Below are positions 57,501-64,000 of a DNA stretch of 64,000 nucleotides, piece by piece. Source of the DNA: an uncultured Acidobacteriota bacterium. GTDB lineage: Bacteria > Acidobacteriota > Thermoanaerobaculia > Multivoradales > SZUA-115. Position 1 is the stretch's first letter. Each line of letters begins with the position of its first letter. The notes beneath the pieces are model-generated. The model ran no database searches. It was not told the origin of the DNA and saw only the letters and a program-made list of their open reading frames with translations. The translations under genes were made by a program, and so were the position numbers. The stretch lies in the NCBI GenBank assembly GCA_963805975.1, contig CAWDVR010000006.1, positions 64,001 through 128,000 on the forward strand. The letters are read 5' to 3'.

Positions 57501-59280
57501 GAGCAACACGGCGAACAACTTCCTGATCGAGGTCACCGGCCGCACCGGCGGCACGGCGAGCTTCTCCGGGAACCTCTCGGGTACCAGCAACAGCGATGGC
57601 ATCCGGGTGGCGAACAACAACGTGAGCGGCTCACCCGTCATCAACTTCAGCGGCGCCACCAAGACCCTCAACACCGGCGCGTCCGCGGCCGTCACCCTCG
57701 ACAACAACGACGTGGCGACGATCAACTTCACGGGTGGTGCCCTCGACATCGACACCACCTCCGGCATCGGCTTCAACGCCATCAACGGCGCCGTGGGGAT
57801 CACCGTGCAGGGGAGCGGCAACACCATCGACTCGGGAAGCGGCACGGCGCTCAACGTCGTCGCCACCACCATCGCGGCGGCCGACCTCAACTTCCAGAGC
57901 ATCTCGGCCAACGGCGCCGCGAGCGGAATCGTGCTCAACGCGACCGGCGCCAGCGGCAATCTGCTAGTCACCGGGACGGGGGCCGCGAACAGCGGCGGCA
58001 CGATCCAGAACTCCACCAGCCACGGCGTCTCGCTGACCAACACGCTCGCCCCGTCGTTTACCTCGCTGCGCATTCAGAACAGCGCCGGCAGCGGCGTCTT
58101 CGGGACCCTGGTCAACGGGTTCTCCTACATCAACGGCCTGATCGACAACTCGGGCACCGGCCTCGCCGCCGAAGCCTCGAACATCGCCTTCAACACCACC
58201 GCGGCGGGCACGGAGAACAACCTCTCGGGAACGGTGACGATCACCGGCAACACCCTGACCAACGCCTACTACCACGGGGTCGACATCTTCAACTTCAGCG
58301 GCACGATCGCCGACGCCACGATCTCGGGGAACACCATCACCAGCACCAACTCGACGGCGACGTCGAAGGGCTCCGGCATCCGCTTCATCGCCTTCGGGTC
58401 GGCAGCGACGATCGCCAACGTCACCAGGGCGACGATCGCCAACAACATCATCTCCAACTTCCCCAGCGCCACCGGCATCATGGCGCAGGGCGGCAACGGC
58501 AACGCCGCGGGGCCGGCAGGCGTCTTCGGGACTGCCGGCAGCGGCAGCGACATCATCGCGATCACGGGCAACCGCGTCGCCGGCTTCAGCGCGGCCAACC
58601 GCCTCGGCACGCAAGCCATCCTCGCCGTGGTCAACGGCAAGGGCCAGGGCAACTTCAACGTCTCGAGCAACGGCACGGTGGCCAATCCGCTGACCAACTC
58701 CATCGGCACCACGATCGCGGTGTCGTCTCTCGGCCAGGCGGTGGTCACCGCGACGGTCTCGAGCAACGTCATCGTCTCGAACAACGCGGCAGGGGCCAAC
58801 GGCATCGGAGCAGGTACCAGTCAGACGTTCGGGGCGACGGATACCCCGAGCCTGACGGTCACGATCTCGAACAACCAGATCAGCCAGACGGACGGCAACG
58901 GCATCCTGGCCACGGCGCGCGATGCCACCGGAACGCTGCGCGCGAAGATCCAGAACAACACTGTGGCGGCGCCGCTGGCCGGCAACCGGAACGGAATCCG
59001 AATCGACGCTGGCAACGCCGTGAGCATCAACGACTCGGTTTGCTTGAACATCTCGGGCAACACGACCGCAGGCGTCGGCCTCTCTCCCGAGGGGATCGGC
59101 CTGCGCAAGCAAGGGACCGTCGCGGCGACCAACAACTTCGCCCTCCACGGATTCGCGACCTCCCCGGCCAACCAGGCGCAGACGGCGGCTTACGTCACCG
59201 GACAGAATCCGGGTAGCTCGAGCGGGACCCTGATCATCGCCGGCGACAATTTCAACTCCCCGACCTGTTCGTTCCCTTGA
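54544..59280 (+). CDS. Large exported protein: N-domain, internal IPTL-CTERM + second signal peptide, half DUF11, Ig-like domain, long beta-helix (1578 aa)
   Basis: GAGGAG RBS; IPTL+TM+RRR at 55309; PVAKNDQY..LLANDTDPDGD..FTYNP..DSFNY Ig domain; G/S/T/N-rich beta-helix repeats; alternative ATG at 54481. Confidence 0.85.
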   Translation: MTRSLSSTIRVALDSRKTRRAAARKLALLLVLASSVAAPQAGAEVGLQYVPVPAVETALPPLPPTTLFPVQLVVDDDAAEGVVGVAGQTARQFLWFNRFTPGVPFSLEEVWVLFTPGPNMALGNAIQLAIYSDADGNPANGATLLASFNQTILALDGNTFSVYPLPAPVDFDGVGDLLIGVIPRFIVSGVTSPTQPASIDTTASEGRSWIGVWSTDPPDPPVLVPPPDQQISTIDGFLPGNWMVRGFGTPAETLAIPTLGGGGLLLLAGLLALAAGAVLRRRARGAALLALALAVASPALPAVAQTNIDTFTTNQATLSAPPDSSSTATGGADIIGTRRGLVARNLTGVGPTTAGVTGGSLTLLVTNTTPDSRGEARLSWDNDTAPGTLNPTGLGGVNLTTGGASGFRIRVNSASVAGSEIEMVVHSNATSSSRASLVLPLVAAPQNFVLPFSEFIQAGTSAANFASVGAIEMTVRSREGTVVLDEVVTALPVIAATKADALVIDNDSDTKADPGDRVRYTVTITNTGSEGISVDLTDTVDSNTTLVGGSVSSTPVAKNDQYTWFGNVTLTVDGTPFPALLANDTDPDGDTVTISAFDATTAQGGSVTGVNVNTGEFTYNPPAGFRGVDSFNYTIVDNDAHTSVASARITLEGIVWFVDDSNTTPPHLGTLSDPFQSLASLGGSDPDAPGDILFIFDDDGTPYAGGLVLEANQTLLGEAEGLVLGGQTIVPAGGRPQITNAAGVGLTLATANTVRGLDVQATSGAGIAGTSFGTLTASNVNVISAGGAALDLATGNLAATFGTLSSSGTGGQRGIQLVTVTGSLTVTTTSLTNPTTQGIRVASSPAVVLDFGNTTITDSAVGSGATAIGIDVATGNAGASFTFDSLAVTTDAGAGLLANGSGTVNIGGVGNTINATGGAAVDITSTSLGSGATFSTLTSTNSAGKGVNLDTVTGSFTATGGSISGPAGIGFDLNAGSANVTYAGSLSNTANNFLIEVTGRTGGTASFSGNLSGTSNSDGIRVANNNVSGSPVINFSGATKTLNTGASAAVTLDNNDVATINFTGGALDIDTTSGIGFNAINGAVGITVQGSGNTIDSGSGTALNVVATTIAAADLNFQSISANGAASGIVLNATGASGNLLVTGTGAANSGGTIQNSTSHGVSLTNTLAPSFTSLRIQNSAGSGVFGTLVNGFSYINGLIDNSGTGLAAEASNIAFNTTAAGTENNLSGTVTITGNTLTNAYYHGVDIFNFSGTIADATISGNTITSTNSTATSKGSGIRFIAFGSAATIANVTRATIANNIISNFPSATGIMAQGGNGNAAGPAGVFGTAGSGSDIIAITGNRVAGFSAANRLGTQAILAVVNGKGQGNFNVSSNGTVANPLTNSIGTTIAVSSLGQAVVTATVSSNVIVSNNAAGANGIGAGTSQTFGATDTPSLTVTISNNQISQTDGNGILATARDATGTLRAKIQNNTVAAPLAGNRNGIRIDAGNAVSINDSVCLNISGNTTAGVGLSPEGIGLRKQGTVAATNNFALHGFATSPANQAQTAAYVTGQNPGSSSGTLIIAGDNFNSPTCSFP

Positions 59281-59378
59281 GGAGACAGGTCCGGGAGTAG
59301 CGAAAGCGCAGCCGGGGGAGGCATAGGCCACCACCGATCCGGAGCCCGACGAGCTCCAGAACCAGGAGGAGGAGACGA

Positions 59379-59885
59379 ATGGCGGAACCGTTCTTGTCCG
59401 AGATACGAATCATGAGTTTTGGCTACGCCCCGCGGGGTTGGGCGCTCTGCAACGGGCAGCTCTTGCCCATCAACCAGAACCAGGCGCTGTTCTCGCTGCT
59501 GGGCACCACCTTCGGCGGCGACGGGCGGGTGAACTTCGCGCTTCCCGACCTTCGCAGCAGGGCGCCGATCCACGTGGGCTCGGGCCACACGCTGGGCGAA
59601 CGCGGCGGCGAGCAGGCGCACACGCTGTCGATCGCGGAGCTGCCGGAGCATACGCATGTCTGGAATGCGAATGGCTCACCTGCCACCACCAATACGCCGG
59701 CCGCCTCGCTGCTCTTGGCTCAGTCCACCGGCGATTCGGCCTGGGGACCCGCGTCGAACCTGGTGGCGATGAGCCCGGCCACGATCGTCAACGTCGGTGG
59801 CAGCCAGGCGCACCTGAACATGCAGCCGTTCTTGACCCTCACCTTCAGCATCGCTCTTGTGGGCATCTTCCCGAGCCCGAACTGA
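59379..59885 (+). CDS. Tail-collar domain protein 1 (microcystin-dependent protein-like)
   Basis: PFLSEIR, APRGWALCNGQLLPINQNQALFSLLGTTFGGDG..FALPDLR, HxH, HLNMQP, GIFP. Confidence 0.93.
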   Translation: MAEPFLSEIRIMSFGYAPRGWALCNGQLLPINQNQALFSLLGTTFGGDGRVNFALPDLRSRAPIHVGSGHTLGERGGEQAHTLSIAELPEHTHVWNANGSPATTNTPAASLLLAQSTGDSAWGPASNLVAMSPATIVNVGGSQAHLNMQPFLTLTFSIALVGIFPSPN

Positions 59886-59895
59886 GGAGACGCCA

Positions 59896-60405
59896 ATGGC
59901 ACAACCTTATGTAGGCGAGATCCGGATGTTCGCTGGCAACTTCGCGCCGGCAGGGTGGATGTTCTGCGAGGGCCAGTTGCTGCCGATCTCGGAAAACGAG
60001 ACGCTGTTCAACCTCATCGGGACGACCTACGGCGGCGACGGTCAGTCGACCTTCGCCCTGCCCGATCTGCGCGGGAGGATCCCGATCCACCAGGGCAACG
60101 GCTTCATCCTGGCCGAGACTGGCGGAGCAGAGCAGATCACGCTCACGATCAATCAGATCGCCGCGCACTCCCATCCCGCGCTCGGGTCCACCAACACCGG
60201 GACCGGGACGGCGCCCCTGAACAACGTGCTGTGCAACCTGCCAGTCGCCACGAACTCGGCCTATGGCACTGACAACCCGCAGGCCACCTTGAGCCCGCAG
60301 TGCATATCGCCGGTCGGCGGAAGCCAGCCGCACACCAACTTCCAGCCCTACCTCTGCATCAATTTCATTATTTCCCTGTTCGGGATCTTCCCGCCCCCGA
60401 GCTAG
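59896..60405 (+). CDS. Tail-collar domain protein 2
   Basis: PYVGEIRMFAGNFAPAGW..CEGQLL..GTTYGGDG..FALPDLRGR, HSH, PHTNFQP. Confidence 0.93.
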   Translation: MAQPYVGEIRMFAGNFAPAGWMFCEGQLLPISENETLFNLIGTTYGGDGQSTFALPDLRGRIPIHQGNGFILAETGGAEQITLTINQIAAHSHPALGSTNTGTGTAPLNNVLCNLPVATNSAYGTDNPQATLSPQCISPVGGSQPHTNFQPYLCINFIISLFGIFPPPS

Positions 60406-60414
60406 GAGGGAGAC

Positions 60415-60933
60415 ATGGCCGATCCGTTTGTCGCAGAGATCCGCATCTTCCCGTTCAACTTCGCGCCCAAGGGTTGGGCGTGGTGCGACGGTCAGCTTCT
60501 GCCGTTGTCGCAGAACACGGCTCTTTTCTCGCTCCTGGGCACGACCTATGGAGGAAACGGCAAGAGCAACTTCGCTCTTCCGGACCTCCAGGGGCGCTCC
60601 CCCATGCACCCCGGGCAGGGTCCCGGCCTCTCGCTGCACGACCTCGGCGAGACCGGTGGCAGCGAGACGGTGACCTTGCTCGAGAGCGAGATCCCATCGC
60701 ACAGCCACGGCTTGAGAGCTTCTGCTCAGGACGCGACGACGCGCATCGTAAGTGGCCAGGAGCCGGCGACCGGCATCGGGGTCTCGATCTACGGGCCCCA
60801 ACCCGGGAGCGTGACGCTAAGCCCCGCCGTGCTCGCGCCCGCTGGCGGCGACCAGCCGCACAACAACCTGCAGCCTTACCTCACGTTCTACTTCTGCATC
60901 GCACTCCAGGGCGTTTTCCCGCCTCGTACCTAG
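60415..60933 (+). CDS. Tail-collar domain protein 3
   Basis: PFVAEIRIFPFNFAPKGWAWCDGQLL..GTTYGGNG..FALPDLQG, HSH, PHNNLQP. Confidence 0.93.
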   Translation: MADPFVAEIRIFPFNFAPKGWAWCDGQLLPLSQNTALFSLLGTTYGGNGKSNFALPDLQGRSPMHPGQGPGLSLHDLGETGGSETVTLLESEIPSHSHGLRASAQDATTRIVSGQEPATGIGVSIYGPQPGSVTLSPAVLAPAGGDQPHNNLQPYLTFYFCIALQGVFPPRT

Positions 60934-60957
60934 GCCGATAGCGATCGTGGTCCCTTG

Positions 60958-61010
60958 CGCGACCTCCCGGCCCGATGACGAGCCGGGAGGTCGTGGCTGT
61001 TTTTCTGTTT
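60958..61010 (+). terminator. Intrinsic terminator after the collar triplet
   Basis: 12-bp stem CGACCTCCCGGC / GCCGGGAGGTCG with 10-nt loop, then TGTTTTTCTGTTT. Confidence 0.65.
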
Positions 61011-61049
61011 GTTCTCCAATCTTGCTTATGCCCAATCTGGAGGTGAGCC

Positions 61050-61811
61050 ATGGGATGGCCCGAGGGGAGCGCTGCGCCCGAGCGCGGCGGAGTCGACCGC
61101 CGTGAGTTCCTGACCCTGACCTCGACCGCTGCCGCCGGAGCCTGCCTGGCCGGTGGCGCCGGGGCGAGCACGCTCCTCGGCCTGCACGCGCCGCTGGATC
61201 TGGCCATGTCCGTGGGCTTCCTCGCCGGCAGCGAGGAGTACGATCACTTCTGGGCCTTGCCCTGGAACGTGGCCCAAGACCCGTTCGACCCGCCAGAGCT
61301 CGAGGTGGTGGCCGCCGACCGCCTGCCGCTGGGCGATCAGACCCTCGCCGGCGGCTCGGTCTGGATGACCGTGCACGGCCTCTATCCGCGGCTGCCGAAG
61401 CGGGAAGTGCTCGCCTTCCGCAGCGTCAACCTGGTGGTGATGTTTCCCTCCCCAGAGCCCGCCCGGCCGGCGCCGCTGCCGTTCATCTCGTGGGGCCTGC
61501 GCCGCAACCCGGCGCGCTCGAGCGGTGCGCGCACCCACTTCGTGGTACCCCTGCGCCAGGAGGACGGCGGCCTGGTGCTGGCCCTCGAGCTGATCCGGAA
61601 CGTCCGCGGCGCCCTGGTCACCGACCGTGCGTTCACCGACTTCACCGTGGACTGGCAGGATGGCCGCCCCAAGCTCCAGCGCGGCATCTACCTTCTGGGC
61701 CTCGCCCCCGGCACCTGGAGCCGGGGCGACCGGCTGCCGACGGCCGGCCAGGAGCCCCGTGACGAGCTCTGCTCGGTGGTTGTAAGCTTCGAGCCCATCC
61801 TGGAGCCCTAG
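61050..61811 (+). CDS. Tat-signal hypothetical protein
   Basis: GGAGGT RBS; DRREFL twin-arginine motif plus hydrophobic stretch; no recognised domain. Confidence 0.7.
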   Translation: MGWPEGSAAPERGGVDRREFLTLTSTAAAGACLAGGAGASTLLGLHAPLDLAMSVGFLAGSEEYDHFWALPWNVAQDPFDPPELEVVAADRLPLGDQTLAGGSVWMTVHGLYPRLPKREVLAFRSVNLVVMFPSPEPARPAPLPFISWGLRRNPARSSGARTHFVVPLRQEDGGLVLALELIRNVRGALVTDRAFTDFTVDWQDGRPKLQRGIYLLGLAPGTWSRGDRLPTAGQEPRDELCSVVVSFEPILEP

Positions 61812-61816
61812 CAACG

Positions 61817-62353
61817 GTGCACGGCGAGAACGGCTTCGAGACTGCCCCGGCACTGCCGGGCTCGATCAGCTTCCGGCCGATCCGTGGCGACGACCGCGAG
61901 TTCCTGTACCGGATCTACGCTTCGACGCGGGCGGACGAGCTGGCGATGGTGGACTGGCCGGAGGAGCAGAAGGCGGGCTTCCTGCGCCAGCAGTTCGAGG
62001 CCCAGCACCATCACTACCAGGAGTACTACAAGGACGCGGAGTTCCTGCTGGTGGAGAAGGACGGCGTGCCCGTCGGCCGCTTCTACGTGGCGCGCTGGGA
62101 GAAGGAGATCCGGCTGGTGGACATCGCGCTCCTTCCCGAGCATCGCGGCGCCGGCCTCGGTGGAGCACTGGTCGCGAGCCTGCTGGCCGAGGGCGCCGCC
62201 GCCGGCAAGCCGGTCTCGATCCACGTCGAGGTCTTCAACCCGGCGCTGCGGCTCTACCGGCGGCTCGGCTTCGAGCCGGCGGGCGAGCGGGGTCCCTACG
62301 TCCTGATGCGCTGGACCCCGCCGGCAACCTCTTACGCAAACACCGCCTCGTAG
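61817..62353 (+). CDS. GNAT N-acetyltransferase
   Basis: DIALLPEHRGAGLG, NPALRLYRRLGF; QFEAQHHHY subfamily motif. Confidence 0.9.
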   Translation: MHGENGFETAPALPGSISFRPIRGDDREFLYRIYASTRADELAMVDWPEEQKAGFLRQQFEAQHHHYQEYYKDAEFLLVEKDGVPVGRFYVARWEKEIRLVDIALLPEHRGAGLGGALVASLLAEGAAAGKPVSIHVEVFNPALRLYRRLGFEPAGERGPYVLMRWTPPATSYANTAS

Positions 62354-62631
62354 AGCGCTCCCTTCGCGTCCTTCCCCACCGGGACGAGGAAGATCTCGAG
62401 CGACTCGAAGGCCGGGTTCGTGAGCGCATAGATGCTCTGCGGCAGCACCGGCCCGGCGGGCCCGCGAAAGATCAGCGCGAACGGCTTGCGCTTGGCGTGA
62501 GGCACGGTTTCGCCTCCCAGGGCACGGGTCTGGGTCAGCTCGAGAGTAAGCCGCTCGGTGGGGGAGAGCAGCAGCTCGAAGCTGTGGTTCAAATGCGGGT
62601 CGAACATGGCCTTGTCGAGCGTGTCGAGCAT
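62332..62631 (-). CDS. DUF6916-like small protein
   Basis: RKPFALIFRGP..LPQSIY..IFLVPVG..YEAVFA; GGAG RBS; overlaps the GNAT 3' end. Confidence 0.8.
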   Translation of the reverse strand: MLDTLDKAMFDPHLNHSFELLLSPTERLTLELTQTRALGGETVPHAKRKPFALIFRGPAGPVLPQSIYALTNPAFESLEIFLVPVGKDAKGALYEAVFA

Positions 62632-62801
62632 CGGTCGTCTCCGGGAACCGGGCTGAAAGAACGAGCCAACCTTAGAGCAAGCGCCGCGGGCTGACAACCG
62701 CGGCCGTCTAAGAGCCGGTGGACGGCGGTACGATGGGGTGAAACACTGTTCTCCCTTGGAGCGCCCGTCAGTCTGGCCTGCCCGTGGGCCTGGAGGATCG
62801 T

Positions 62802-64000
62802 ATGCGGATCTCCGAAAGCAGAGTGCGGATCGTCGGCTGGGCGCTCGCGGCCTTGGGCCTAGCGGGCGGAGTGGTCGTCGGCTACTTGATGTCGGGACCC
62901 TCCCGCGAGCTGGTCGAGCGGAGCTCCGGCGGCAAGAAGATGACGAGCCTTCAGCTCGCATTCGAGGCTCAGCGGGCCGAATGGATCATCAAAGACTGGC
63001 GTGGCGATGAGCCACCCCCATTTCCAGACACGGACGGGAAGAAGGCTACCGCGCGGCGCCCCGTCCTCGCTGAAGCACGCAAGAACCTCTCGCTCGACGC
63101 CTGGCTCATTCCCTTCTACGTCGCCCTGCTGACCGGCCTCTGCCTGGTGCTCTCCGGCGCCTACGGCAAATGGCGGGACAACCCGTGGCTGGTCCTCGCT
63201 GCGCTGCCGGCCGTTGCCGGGGCCCTGGACTATCAGGAGAACGCGCTCCTCGCCCAGGAGATCGACCTGGTGGCGGCGGGAGGCGTGCTCGGCGGGCGGT
63301 TGCCGCTCGCGGTGGGTCTGGTCGCGTCGCTCAAGTTCCTGCTCCTGGGCATCGTCTTCCTGGCTCTGCTGATCGTCGGTATCGCGCTCTTCCGCGCTTG
63401 GCTGGCCGGCGCCCTCCGACCCCCACCGAAGCAGGCGTGGGTACCGCTCGAGGGAGCGATCGCCGCGGAGCGGGCCTACCTGGCGGGCCGCAGGAGGTGG
63501 GCGCTCTCTGAAGCGGAGGCTGCGGCCGGCCAGCGGCCGGTGGGTCTGGCCTTCTCGGGCGGCGGAATCCGCGCGGCCACCGTCTGCCTGGGCGCGATGC
63601 GCGCCCTCTCCAAGCTCGAAGTGCTGCCCCGGGTCGACTACCTCTCGACGGTGTCGGGCGGCGGCTACATCGGCTCGGCACTGTCCTCTCTGCTGTCGAT
63701 CAACCGCCGCACCGCGCAGGCCTCGGCGCACGGGCTCGACGACCAGTACCGCTTCAGGCCCGGCGACAAAGCGCTGTTGACCACGCAAGCGGAGCGCTTT
63801 CCCTTCGAGCCCGACCGCAACCTGCAAGAGGAGCTGCGGAAGGATCTCGGCGGGCGGTACGACGGCCGCGTCCAGCTCGGGCACCTGCGCACCCACGGCG
63901 ACTTCCTGATCCGCACCAAGCGGCTCATCCACCGTGACGTGCTGCGCACGGTGGGCACGGTTCTGGGCGGCATCTTCTACCACCTGCTGATGGGCTTCCT
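62802..64000 (+). CDS. Membrane-anchored patatin/cPLA2-like phospholipase, truncated by the window end (absent from the ORF track)
   Basis: GGAGG RBS, ATG 62802, open to the end; about 4 N-terminal TMs; GLAFSGGGIRAA at 63543 and DYLSTVSGGGY. Confidence 0.85.
   Translation, partial: MRISESRVRIVGWALAALGLAGGVVVGYLMSGPSRELVERSSGGKKMTSLQLAFEAQRAEWIIKDWRGDEPPPFPDTDGKKATARRPVLAEARKNLSLDAWLIPFYVALLTGLCLVLSGAYGKWRDNPWLVLAALPAVAGALDYQENALLAQEIDLVAAGGVLGGRLPLAVGLVASLKFLLLGIVFLALLIVGIALFRAWLAGALRPPPKQAWVPLEGAIAAERAYLAGRRRWALSEAEAAAGQRPVGLAFSGGGIRAATVCLGAMRALSKLEVLPRVDYLSTVSGGGYIGSALSSLLSINRRTAQASAHGLDDQYRFRPGDKALLTTQAERFPFEPDRNLQEELRKDLGGRYDGRVQLGHLRTHGDFLIRTKRLIHRDVLRTVGTVLGGIFYHLLMGF

Noticed and set aside
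49351-59334. Long antisense and alternate-frame ORFs over the adhesin genes (e.g. 49351..52593, 54825..59216)
   Set aside because: Arg/His/Gly-rich shadows caused by codon bias; no motifs or RBS.
59379-60933. Prophage or contractile injection system
   Set aside because: No capsid, terminase, sheath, tube, baseplate, lysis or integrase genes nearby.
1-64000. CRISPR array, tRNA, rRNA or IS element
   Set aside because: No regularly spaced repeat-spacer run, cloverleaf, rRNA-like tract or transposase ORF seen by eye; a short ncRNA could have been missed.

Overview
Very GC-rich bacterial DNA (roughly 70% by eye), densely coding. An origin in Acidobacteriota, class Thermoanaerobaculia, is inferred from C-terminal IFxDGFExG motifs and the HTH/TPR families, not proven. 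About 50 genes are supportable; most long ORFs in the track are antisense or off-frame shadows, and I corrected many starts. Housekeeping and envelope genes include a GlcD-like oxidase, mtgA, a radical SAM protein, Omp85, xth, WS/DGAT, wcaJ plus three GT4 enzymes, dusA, manC and many peptidases. No rRNA, tRNA, CRISPR array, transposase or integrase was seen. Three accessory features stand out. (1) A 13-kb surface-structure locus at 49.5-62.6 kb: a DUF11/GEVED stalk protein and a beta-helix protein each carry one half of a split DUF11-like domain, suggesting a natural SpyTag/SpyCatcher-type intermolecular isopeptide link. The second protein also has an internal IPTL-CTERM anchor followed by a second signal peptide. 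Three tail-collar proteins, a Tat protein, a GNAT and DUF6916 follow. (2) A tandem-HTH + TPR + small secreted xDPxG-peptide cassette at 32.5-35.2 kb that resembles a peptide-signalling system. (3) A lower-GC islet at 8.4-10.4 kb with a 59-bp attC-like site, a decayed HEPN-like gene and a possible defence membrane protein. Several single-base frameshifts may be assembly errors.
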